A stretch of DNA of 44,531 nucleotides from a virus, in the IMG/VR virus record IMGVR_UViG_3300031418_000028; one strand, written 5' to 3'. The notes below the pieces were generated by a model. That model was not told the origin of the DNA. It saw nothing but the letters and a program-made list of their open reading frames with translations, and did no database searches. Below are positions 33,479-41,528 of the stretch, piece after piece. Numbering within the stretch: the first letter of the stretch is position 1; each line of letters opens with the position of its first letter. The position numbers and the translations under genes were made by a program.

Positions 33479-34299
33479 TGCGTGAGCGCCTTCCACCTGA
33501 TGAATGGCTAGGCGCTGCCAAATCCCTGAGCATAGGGCAGAAGCGCCGCATTAATCACGGTTGTGGTAGCACTGCGGCCTGTGATGTGTTCAATCAAGCA
33601 GAGTGCTGGTCTGCTTATTGCCACCGTTGTCATCTACCCGGCTGGGTTCCGAAGGAGCACCAGCAACTGAGGTCGCTTGTACAGGAAGACCCCACGCGAG
33701 TGTCGCCTGTACCTGCGGATGCTTTACATCTGTCCCAAACGAGCACGTTCTTGCAACGTAGGATTTGGGATTTACTAATTCAGAAGGGTTGCCCACCGGG
33801 CGTCATACCCGAGGAGTTTGTATGGTACAGTCAAAGTACGAACCGGATATTACTGCGGCAGGGATTGCGCGCATTAGGGCGAGCGTTGAGCGCTGCCCAA
33901 CAACCGAAGTGGATGGCGTATGGCAACTGGACGAGCCAGCCCCGCCTGTTCTGGACGAGATTCCGGGATGCAGGGCCAATGGTACTTGTCGAAGATGCTT
34001 TGAGCGCCTTCAAGGTGGCGAAAGCGGTCGAGGTTTATGCGCCGACAAGCTCATTCTCGGTCGTAGCGACACTCGGAACGGTCGTAACGTCCGCATCCTT
34101 GAAGTACGTTCAGGGTCGTGATGTGTTGTGTATGTATGACCCAGATAAGGCGGGTCGTGACGGCTTAGCGGGGTTACGTAAGCGCCTAAACGTTTTTGGC
34201 GGTGTAGTAATAGATGCAATACCCAAGCAAGGGGACCCGAAAGATAACACACTGGAGAACTTGTATGGACTTATTACAGCGGCTGCGGGCCGCATCTGA
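33478..34299 (+). CDS. DNA primase (zinc-finger + TOPRIM), 273 aa
   Basis: Cys/His cluster CGSTAACDVFNQAECWSAYCHRCH. TOPRIM motifs VLVEDALSAFK and MYDPDKAGRDG. Confidence 0.85.
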   Translation: MRERLPPDEWLGAAKSLSIGQKRRINHGCGSTAACDVFNQAECWSAYCHRCHLPGWVPKEHQQLRSLVQEDPTRVSPVPADALHLSQTSTFLQRRIWDLLIQKGCPPGVIPEEFVWYSQSTNRILLRQGLRALGRALSAAQQPKWMAYGNWTSQPRLFWTRFRDAGPMVLVEDALSAFKVAKAVEVYAPTSSFSVVATLGTVVTSASLKYVQGRDVLCMYDPDKAGRDGLAGLRKRLNVFGGVVIDAIPKQGDPKDNTLENLYGLITAAAGRI

Positions 34300-34747
34300 A
34301 AGAGTTTATGTAGACCCATACAGTCAAACTGGACTGTCGTGGAAAGTAGACGGGCCGAGAACAAAAGCAGGCTCACCTGCGTTCATATCAAAGGACAAGG
34401 GTGGGTACTACACGGGCACCATTAATAAGGTGCGTTGGAAAGCACACCGCCTAGTGTTTGCCCTTGAGCATGGCTACCTGCCTGAGTTCATTGACCATAT
34501 TGATGGGGACCCAAGCAATAACAAAGTGGATAATCTAAGGGAGTGTACTCGAACAACTAACAACCAAAATCATGTTAGGGTTGATGTTCGACAGAGGCGC
34601 AAGACCGGCGGGTGGCAAGCCCGTATCCAAGCAAACGGAAAACGTTTAAGTCTGGGAACGTTTGCTACAAAAGAGTTGGCGGAGGCTGCCTATTATGCAG
34701 CAAAAGTGAAGCTACATCCAACAGCGCCGGGGAGGTGTTATGTTTAA
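34265..34747 (+). CDS. Free-standing HNH homing endonuclease with an AP2-like domain (paralog of 4685-5158)
   Basis: IDHIDGDPSNNKVDNLR. The C-terminus KVKLHPTAPGRCYV compares with KRTEHPTAPERCYG in the paralog. The start lies 35 nt inside the primase gene. Confidence 0.85.
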   Translation: MDLLQRLRAASERVYVDPYSQTGLSWKVDGPRTKAGSPAFISKDKGGYYTGTINKVRWKAHRLVFALEHGYLPEFIDHIDGDPSNNKVDNLRECTRTTNNQNHVRVDVRQRRKTGGWQARIQANGKRLSLGTFATKELAEAAYYAAKVKLHPTAPGRCYV

Positions 34748-34895
34748 AGGTCGCAGCCGTAAAGAATTAGCGTGGATTATCCCACGTATTCTAATCCTCG
34801 GACCGCTGGCGGCATTGATTGTGCTAGGCCAGTGGGCTGAGGAAGCGTTCGAGTACCTCGACGATAACATGCCAAAGGAGAGTAAAGATGATTGA
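34740..34895 (+). CDS. Small membrane protein (51 aa)
   Basis: The ATG overlaps the HNH gene's end. The TMD is LAWIIPRILILGPLAALIVLG. Confidence 0.45.
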   Translation: MFKGRSRKELAWIIPRILILGPLAALIVLGQWAEEAFEYLDDNMPKESKDD

Positions 34896-35349
34896 GTTTA
34901 ATACAGGTGAACGCGTACAGTACTCTACAAGCGGCGGTCTTTATCCTAATTATGGATTTGCTGGTCTCACGGGTACGGTTAAGCCGACCCCACACAACAG
35001 AACAGGTGTTTCTGTTTTGTGGGATAATGGTACTACTGGTCGCCACGCCCCGCGTTATTTAATTCCACTGAAAGGGCTGGTGTTACCACCCGCGCCGGAA
35101 AGCGTTATGTACTTCAACTCAAACGCTCAACCCGGAAATGACCAGCGTCTCAGTGTGCAGGGTCGAGAAGACCCTACGGGAGAAGACTGCTTGTTTGTGG
35201 CTGTAAAAATCCGCACGGGGTCCAACTATAATCACGTAATAGACTTTAATCGGTATGGTATTGGTGTAAATCTGGATGCGGACGCAGCACTCCAGCTCGC
35301 ATCTGACTTAACCCGCATGGCTATGGAACTAAAACGTAAGGGGAAATAG
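34888..35349 (+). CDS. Hypothetical protein (153 aa) with an N-terminal SH3 / MIB-HERC2-like module
   Basis: SD aaaggagag. GERVQYS...GLTGTV...VSVLWDNGTTGRH resembles the N-terminus of the 1206-1805 protein. Confidence 0.6.
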   Translation: MIEFNTGERVQYSTSGGLYPNYGFAGLTGTVKPTPHNRTGVSVLWDNGTTGRHAPRYLIPLKGLVLPPAPESVMYFNSNAQPGNDQRLSVQGREDPTGEDCLFVAVKIRTGSNYNHVIDFNRYGIGVNLDADAALQLASDLTRMAMELKRKGK

Positions 35350-35350
35350 T

Positions 35351-35563
35351 ATGGCTGATTTCTGTAAGAAGTGCAGTATTGATATGTGGGGACGTGATAC
35401 CAAGGACCTCGCAGATTTGATTACGCCGGAGCAGGCAGCAGATGGTTTCGCCGCCACAGGTATTTGTGAGGGGTGTGGCAGTGTATACTTTGATATTGGA
35501 GGTAATGCAGTTACGCCTTCTGAGGACTACTCACAGTGGTTAAAGGTTCACCCGGAGGACTAA
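35351..35563 (+). CDS. Small zinc-ribbon protein (70 aa)
   Basis: CKKC...CEGC, a pair of CxxC motifs. Confidence 0.55.
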   Translation: MADFCKKCSIDMWGRDTKDLADLITPEQAADGFAATGICEGCGSVYFDIGGNAVTPSEDYSQWLKVHPED

Positions 35564-36826
35564 TTGGACAGACTAATACTTAGCGTACTACGTGACCGCA
35601 GCAAGTACCGGCAGTTACGCGGCGCAGTGCCTGATGATTTAGTCGGGCAGGAAACTGTGTCTATGCTGGCTTGGTTTAATGTGTACTTCGAGGCCAATCC
35701 AGACAGCAACTACGTGGATACAGAAGCGCTACGTAGCCTGTTCAATCTGCGTGTTGGTCAGAGCATTGATGCGAACCAGCGTGCCATGATGAGCGTGCTG
35801 TTCCGCAAGCTGGATGAGCCAGTGGATGAGCACGCCGCCGCAGGTATCCAGCAGCAATTGTACGAGCGTGACTTCAAGGGCAAGGCAGCAGCACTCATCA
35901 ACCGGTATGATGCAGGTGAGGAGGTTGACCTAACGTTTGAGTTGAACCGCCTAGCACATGAGAACATGCGGCGTATGTCTGCATCATCCCCGGCCAGCTA
36001 TATCGATGCACCAATTGAGGAAATCCTTGCAGACTTCGAAGGAGACCGTGGACTGAAGCTGCCAACAGAACTCCTGAGAAGCTCTGTGGGAGGACTTCAG
36101 GGTGGGGATAGTATAGCGGTAGCGGGTCGCCCCGATAAGGGCAAGACGAGCCTCCTAGCAGCGTGTATGGTGAACTTCGCACCGCAGCTAGATGCATTCG
36201 GTTGGTCAGGTCGTCCGATGCTGTGGCTGAACAACGAAGGCTCCGGTCGTCGTATCATCCCACGAATCTATCAGGCTGCGTTGAAGTGTACGTTCGCTGA
36301 GATGGTGGGCATGAGCAATGACAAGACGCTCACGCAGAAGTACAACGCGGCAATGCGGAATGAGCGTATTCTTGTGAAGGATATGCACGGAGCTACACTG
36401 GGCCAGCTTGAGCAGGTTATTGAAGAGCTGAACCCATGTGTGGTAGTGTTCGATATGCTGGCTAACTTCCGTATGCCCAGCGCAGGTGGCGGGAACAAGA
36501 CAGATGCACTTGAGCAGATGTGGCAAGAAGTCCGCGAGATGGCTGTGCGGCATGACTTTGTGGCTATGCCTACAATTCAGATATCCGCCGACGGTGATGA
36601 CCAACTCTACCCACCCTACTCGGCCTTAAAAGATAGCCGTACTGGCGTACAGGGTGCTGTAGATGTGATACTCATGATGGGTGCCCTTAACTCCATAGAG
36701 ATGGACTCAGTACGTGGTTTTAGTACACCTAAGAACAAACGTCAAATGGTGGGTAAGCCCAGCAACACGCCCGGTCAGGTATTCTTCGACAAAGCGAGGT
36801 GCTTATTTGAAGATGGAACTCCTTGA
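35564..36826 (+). CDS. DnaB/gp4-type replicative DNA helicase (420 aa)
   Basis: Walker A GRPDKGKTS and Walker B VVVFDML. The apparent TTG start lies directly after the upstream TAA, with ggagga upstream. The start codon is uncertain. Confidence 0.85.
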   Translation: MDRLILSVLRDRSKYRQLRGAVPDDLVGQETVSMLAWFNVYFEANPDSNYVDTEALRSLFNLRVGQSIDANQRAMMSVLFRKLDEPVDEHAAAGIQQQLYERDFKGKAAALINRYDAGEEVDLTFELNRLAHENMRRMSASSPASYIDAPIEEILADFEGDRGLKLPTELLRSSVGGLQGGDSIAVAGRPDKGKTSLLAACMVNFAPQLDAFGWSGRPMLWLNNEGSGRRIIPRIYQAALKCTFAEMVGMSNDKTLTQKYNAAMRNERILVKDMHGATLGQLEQVIEELNPCVVVFDMLANFRMPSAGGGNKTDALEQMWQEVREMAVRHDFVAMPTIQISADGDDQLYPPYSALKDSRTGVQGAVDVILMMGALNSIEMDSVRGFSTPKNKRQMVGKPSNTPGQVFFDKARCLFEDGTP

Positions 36827-37289
36827 TAAATTAGAGTACCTACAAGACGGCACCCTGCGGTGGGGTGCTTCCGCCTACCACAATTGTAGGGGTAAGCTTG
36901 CGGGCACTTTATCAGGCTGTGGGTATCACTATATAAATGGTCAAAAGAGAAGCCGTATAGTGTGGGCAATGCACAACGGTAGCATCCCGGTAGGTTATGT
37001 CATTGACCATATTAATGGGGTTCGTAATGATGACCGTATTGAGAATTTAAGGCTTACGAACCAGCAAGATAATATAATGCTGGGTACACCCGACCTTTAT
37101 AGCAGCAATACCCACGGCTTTACCGGAGTGTATTTTATCCCCAGCCGTAAAGTAGGGAAGCAGTACCAAGCAAGCGTCAGAATCAACGGGCGCAATAAAT
37201 CATTCGGCTACCACGCCACTCCCGAGATAGCAGCGCAAGCTAGGGCGTATGGTTTGGCAGCACTCAACATAGAATCTAGGAGGCCATAA
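36813..37289 (+). CDS. Free-standing HNH homing endonuclease with an AP2-like domain
   Basis: IDHINGVRNDDRIENLR. An AP2-like segment GFTGVYFIPSRKVGKQYQASVRINGRNKSFGYH follows. The ATG at 36813 lies 14 nt inside the helicase gene. Confidence 0.8.
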   Translation: MELLDKLEYLQDGTLRWGASAYHNCRGKLAGTLSGCGYHYINGQKRSRIVWAMHNGSIPVGYVIDHINGVRNDDRIENLRLTNQQDNIMLGTPDLYSSNTHGFTGVYFIPSRKVGKQYQASVRINGRNKSFGYHATPEIAAQARAYGLAALNIESRRP

Positions 37290-37561
37290 TGGCACCACGT
37301 AAGAAAGCAGCACCAACGACTACCCCAGATGCGGACTCAGCAGATGTAGTGCTGAACCAACTGGACGCTAAACAGGTCACTGAGAGCGTGCCTGCTGTAC
37401 TTGCAACGAGTTCTGCACTCGACAAGCGTACGACTATCTTCGCCGCACTACTCGGCGGGGCTGGGCTGCACGGAGCGTTGGAAGATGCAGTGATTGAATC
37501 TCGTATGAACCGGCTGCTGCGTATCACTGATATCGCTGTTAATCTGTTAGATAAGGGGTAA
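37289..37561 (+). CDS. Hypothetical protein (90 aa)
   Basis: TAATG overlap with the HNH gene. Confidence 0.55.
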   Translation: MAPRKKAAPTTTPDADSADVVLNQLDAKQVTESVPAVLATSSALDKRTTIFAALLGGAGLHGALEDAVIESRMNRLLRITDIAVNLLDKG

Positions 37562-37565
37562 GAGA

Positions 37566-38027
37566 ATGAGTGACGGATTAACAATGAACGAGCTCGCAGA
37601 AAAGAATGCAATTCTGGTGACTGAAAACGAGGCCCTCAAGGAGCAGTTAGCAGCTTTAACTGGAGGGTTCGCTGAAGTAATCATGCACAAAGATAAGCTG
37701 GCAGATGAACTTAACGCACTGGCAAAGATAGCGCCAGTGGCATGCAAAAAACGCCTTGTTAATCATCGTAGCGGAGTTGAACACCATTGGACTTATCATG
37801 GTGAGGTAGACCGGGCATCATCCGGAGACATATTCCGCGTTGAAGTGGTGCCACTGTTTGAACGCCCCGCGCCCGCCGTCAGCCTGGCTGAGCTAGTGCC
37901 TAAACGCAAACCAATCTCTATGGATGCGCCAATAAGTGCTGATTGGGCCGCAAGAACAGCAGGGTATCGTAATGGGTTCAATGACTGTGTGGATGAGGTA
38001 CTGCGCAACATTGAGGAGGTGAAATGA
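37566..38027 (+). CDS. Hypothetical protein (153 aa) with an N-terminal coiled coil
   Basis: NELAEKNAILVTENEALKEQLAAL shows a heptad-like pattern. SD ggggtaagag. Confidence 0.6.
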   Translation: MSDGLTMNELAEKNAILVTENEALKEQLAALTGGFAEVIMHKDKLADELNALAKIAPVACKKRLVNHRSGVEHHWTYHGEVDRASSGDIFRVEVVPLFERPAPAVSLAELVPKRKPISMDAPISADWAARTAGYRNGFNDCVDEVLRNIEEVK

Positions 38028-38332
38028 CAGACAGAGCGAAGTTTGAGGCGTGGTTTGAATTTTACACCGGGATCGCCGTAGAAGAACATCCGAGTTCAAA
38101 TATTATAGAGTTAGTATGGCAGAGTTGGCAGGCCGCACTAGCCTCACAGCAATCAGCAGATGAGGGTTGGATTGAGTGGCCAGGAGGCGAGCGACCTGTA
38201 GCCCGCGAGCAGCGAGTAGAGACGAGATATCGCAGGCAGGGAATCGTTGAGAATGATGAGGCTCGATTCTTTGACTGGTCTCATAATGATATAGCATCTG
38301 ACATCATCGCCTATCGGATGGTGAAGCCATGA
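38024..38332 (+). CDS. Hypothetical protein (102 aa)
   Basis: ATGA overlap with the upstream gene. Confidence 0.55.
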   Translation: MTDRAKFEAWFEFYTGIAVEEHPSSNIIELVWQSWQAALASQQSADEGWIEWPGGERPVAREQRVETRYRRQGIVENDEARFFDWSHNDIASDIIAYRMVKP

Positions 38333-38502
38333 AACCAGCAATGTACAAACGCCTGTTGCTTTTGCCAGTGTACTTGGTCATCTGGCTGGCCGAGCACTCT
38401 CTGGGGTTCATTGGCGAGGCATGCATTAATGCAGAGCGAAAGGTTATGGATTTACGCTGGCGTCTTGATGACTGGTCATGGGGTCGCGGAGAAGATAAAT
38501 GA
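38329..38502 (+). CDS. Small membrane protein (57 aa)
   Basis: ATGA overlap with the upstream gene. The TMD is LLLLPVYLVIWLA. It is below the ORF-track cutoff. Confidence 0.4.
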   Translation: MKPAMYKRLLLLPVYLVIWLAEHSLGFIGEACINAERKVMDLRWRLDDWSWGRGEDK

Positions 38503-38636
38503 CAACCAAATGCACTGGCCTGATGGGGCGCATCTTCGGGCATAAGTGGCAGTTTAGATGGTGGGATACATCAAAACGTAGTTCGTATGTCTGCCAGCGC
38601 TGCGGCGAGGTGCTGGGAGAGAAGCCGCCCACTTAA
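38499..38636 (+). CDS. Small DUF1660-like zinc-ribbon protein (45 aa)
   Basis: ATGA overlap with the upstream gene. GHKW...CQRCG resembles the prophage DUF1660 signature. Confidence 0.4.
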   Translation: MTTKCTGLMGRIFGHKWQFRWWDTSKRSSYVCQRCGEVLGEKPPT

Positions 38637-38661
38637 TTAGAAGCAGACTTAACAGGGGAGA
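38633..38661 (+). promoter_or_regulatory. Candidate phage-RNAP promoter (copy 2 of the 25-nt exact repeat)
   Basis: 38633-38657 is identical to 4419-4443 and is followed by ggggaga. It lies upstream of the DNA polymerase gene. Confidence 0.6.
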
Positions 38662-38705
38662 TGATATACTTTCTCTATTAGTCATATAATCTAAGAGATT
38701 ATACT

Positions 38706-41033
38706 ATGTATAAGATATTAGTTTGGGATATTGAAACTCAGACACATCCTTGGTATGGAAATGTAGCAAGCTCCTTTAATCCAGATAACTATATAGTAGC
38801 CTCTGGTTATAGGTTAGACACTGTTGATGATGCAGGGCAGGTACATGTAGGTAATACGCAGTATGTGTACTACAACTCTAAGGAAGAGTTCTTATCCGCA
38901 CCAGTAACTCAGTGGTTACCAATTGAACCTAACGTGAACGTGGTAGTAGCCCATAATAGCCAGTTTGAGATTAAGTGGGCATTAACACACGGGCGCAATG
39001 TGCTCGAAGAGTTCCTCAAGCGTGGTGGGCGTATTGCATGTACTGCTATGGCTGAGTACCTGCTGAGTCACCAGCAGGAGCTGTACCCGTCATTGAGTGA
39101 AACCGCTGTTAAGCATGGCGGTACGCACAAGGTAGACGGTGTTAAAGTTCTATGGGAAGCGGGTGTACTAACCTCCGAGATTGACAAGGACCTGCTGATT
39201 GAGTACCTCGCCGGACCTAGCGGTGATATCGACAATACAGCGATTAGCTTCTACGACCAGCAGCGACAGCTTGCAGAAGCCGGTATGTCGAGCATGTACT
39301 GGGAGCGTTGTGACGCGCTGCTAGCCTTTGCGTACTGTGAGTGGTTCGGCCTGTACGTCAACCGTGATGTAGCGGAACGTAACCTAGCGGCACAGGAAGC
39401 AGAGATTGCTGATCTTCAGAAGGAGCTGTACAAACTGCTGCCTACGGACTTACCAGAAGCGCTGGAGTTCAACTGGGGTAGTGATTACCACATGTCAGCG
39501 CTGGTGTATGGTGGACCTGTTAAGTACCGGCACCGTGTGCCGTATGACCCGCCACAGTATGTAAAAGCTGACTTCTACAAAGGCTGTGCGGATAAGTTAA
39601 TCCCGGTTGGGGAAGAACAAGAGTGGGACTTGCCGTACCTCACCCGATATGCATCTGGCAAGAACAAAGGTCAGCTCAAGGTGTTCCGGGAGGACACTGA
39701 TGAAGAGAAACTCAAGTGGGAAGAAACCTCTGTGCAGCTTCCGGGACTGGTCAACCTTAGTGCGTTGCCAGACGGAGTGCGTGAGAAGTACATCGGTAAG
39801 CGCGCAGAGTTCAAAGGAGCACGTACGCTGTGTGATGGTGTCACGCCTGTGTACAGCACATCAACAGATGCGCTCAAGGGTCTCAAGAACTTTGTGCCTG
39901 AAGTTGCTCTCATGGTTAAGCTCGCGAGTTTAGAAAAGGATACGGGAGCTTTCTATCGGCGTGTAGAGTACAACGCCGACGGTTCAGTCAAGAAGGAGAG
40001 CGGCCTCCTACAGTACGTAGGCCCGGATGGTATTGTACATCACAGCTTGAATGCAACGGCAACAGTTACCACCCGACTGAGCGCATCTAAACCGAATATG
40101 CAGCAGATACCGAGGGACGGTACATCCAAGGTGAAGGAAATGTTCAGCTCTCGGTTCGGTGCAGGCGGTCGGGTAGTTGAGGTAGATTATTCCGCACTAG
40201 AAGTGGTTATGTTGTGTGCTATCACCAAGGACACAGACCTACTGAATCTGCTTCTGAACAATACAGATATGCACTGCTATCGCCTCGCCTTCCAGTTAGG
40301 TGAGGAGTACTCCGATGTGTATGAGAAGTGTCACAATGAGAGCCACCCAGAGCATAAGCGATACAAGCAGATGCGTACTGATGTGAAACCTCTATCCTTC
40401 GCCGACCAGTACGGAGCTTCTGCTGAGGGTATCGCATTCAACGTAGGTTGTACTGTGGAGTTTGCTCAACAGTTCCAAGAGAACGAGATGAAACTCTTCC
40501 CTATATCTCGTGGTTATCGCAAGGTTATTGCAGATGAGGTTGAGCGTACAGGTAATCTACCGGGTAGTATACATCGGGAACAGACTGATGGTGGACTATG
40601 GCGCGTGTACAGGAGGGGTTATTTCACTGGCCCAAGTACAACCCGCTATAGCTTCAGACAACACCCCGTATGGGATAAAGAAACTCGACAAGAAGTAATG
40701 TCTTATAAAGCTACTCAGATGGCGAATTACCCCATGCAAGGTGACGCCAGCTTTATGATGAGTACAGCTATGGGACGTATCTGTAGGTGGTTAATTCAGA
40801 ATGATTGGTTTGGGGGCACTGTGTGCTTGATTAACAACGTCCATGACTGTTGTCACCTAGACTGTGCTAACCCGGATATAGCTCTGACAGCAGGCCGTGG
40901 TATCAAGTCCATTATGGAGGATATGCCTAGGTACCTTACAGAGAAATTCCCAGCATTTGATATGGCGGATGTTCCGTTCCCGGCAGCGATGGAGATAGGA
41001 ACGAACTTAATGGATAAGGCACATGCAGAGTAA
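38706..41033 (+). CDS. Family A DNA polymerase with 3-prime-5-prime exonuclease domain (775 aa)
   Basis: Exo motifs VWDIETQT and HNSQFEIKW. Pol motif A VEVDYSALEVV, motif B KPLSFADQYGAS, NYPMQGD, and motif C NNVHDCC. Confidence 0.95.
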   Translation: MYKILVWDIETQTHPWYGNVASSFNPDNYIVASGYRLDTVDDAGQVHVGNTQYVYYNSKEEFLSAPVTQWLPIEPNVNVVVAHNSQFEIKWALTHGRNVLEEFLKRGGRIACTAMAEYLLSHQQELYPSLSETAVKHGGTHKVDGVKVLWEAGVLTSEIDKDLLIEYLAGPSGDIDNTAISFYDQQRQLAEAGMSSMYWERCDALLAFAYCEWFGLYVNRDVAERNLAAQEAEIADLQKELYKLLPTDLPEALEFNWGSDYHMSALVYGGPVKYRHRVPYDPPQYVKADFYKGCADKLIPVGEEQEWDLPYLTRYASGKNKGQLKVFREDTDEEKLKWEETSVQLPGLVNLSALPDGVREKYIGKRAEFKGARTLCDGVTPVYSTSTDALKGLKNFVPEVALMVKLASLEKDTGAFYRRVEYNADGSVKKESGLLQYVGPDGIVHHSLNATATVTTRLSASKPNMQQIPRDGTSKVKEMFSSRFGAGGRVVEVDYSALEVVMLCAITKDTDLLNLLLNNTDMHCYRLAFQLGEEYSDVYEKCHNESHPEHKRYKQMRTDVKPLSFADQYGASAEGIAFNVGCTVEFAQQFQENEMKLFPISRGYRKVIADEVERTGNLPGSIHREQTDGGLWRVYRRGYFTGPSTTRYSFRQHPVWDKETRQEVMSYKATQMANYPMQGDASFMMSTAMGRICRWLIQNDWFGGTVCLINNVHDCCHLDCANPDIALTAGRGIKSIMEDMPRYLTEKFPAFDMADVPFPAAMEIGTNLMDKAHAE

Positions 41034-41511
41034 GTACAGGCGTTTAAATGATACAGATAAATTATACCTGAACGAGTTGTGGTCTATAGATGGTTTAAGC
41101 ATAAATGATATGCAAGAACTATCCGGCTTTACACGTAGGACAATACGTATGTACTTCCAGCGAGTATACGGAAAGGAGGCACTTAGTGCGCGTAGGTCTA
41201 GGGTACACTCATTAGCTATAGTTGGTGAGAAGCATCCACAGTATCGTGGCGGTCGTAAGATGCACAAAGACGGTTACGTCTACATACTACAACCTTATGA
41301 TAATAGGGCTGTTAGATATGTACTAGAGCACCGCTTAGTTATGAAATGTCCGCGAGATATGGTAGTGCATCACTGTGATGGTGTACGACATAATAATTGT
41401 GTATCCAATTTAGTAGTGATGAATGAGCAGCAACACAATAAGCTTCATCTAGTTATGGGTGATACTTATTGGAATAAAGAATCAGTTCTTAACTGGTTAG
41501 AAACCCATTAA
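41023..41511 (+). CDS. Free-standing HNH homing endonuclease (162 aa), AT-rich
   Basis: HHCDGVRHNNCVSNLVVMNEQQHNKLH is an HNH motif. The start lies 11 nt inside the DNA polymerase gene. It is visibly AT-richer than its surroundings. Confidence 0.8.
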   Translation: MQSKYRRLNDTDKLYLNELWSIDGLSINDMQELSGFTRRTIRMYFQRVYGKEALSARRSRVHSLAIVGEKHPQYRGGRKMHKDGYVYILQPYDNRAVRYVLEHRLVMKCPRDMVVHHCDGVRHNNCVSNLVVMNEQQHNKLHLVMGDTYWNKESVLNWLETH

Positions 41512-41528
41512 TTATTGAGAGATTAAAT

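Noticed and set aside
38706-41033. Possible intein or intron interrupting the DNA polymerase, RNAP or terminase genes, given the number of HNH genes
   Set aside because: All three genes are single uninterrupted ORFs of normal length with motifs in normal order and spacing. The HNH genes are free-standing between genes.
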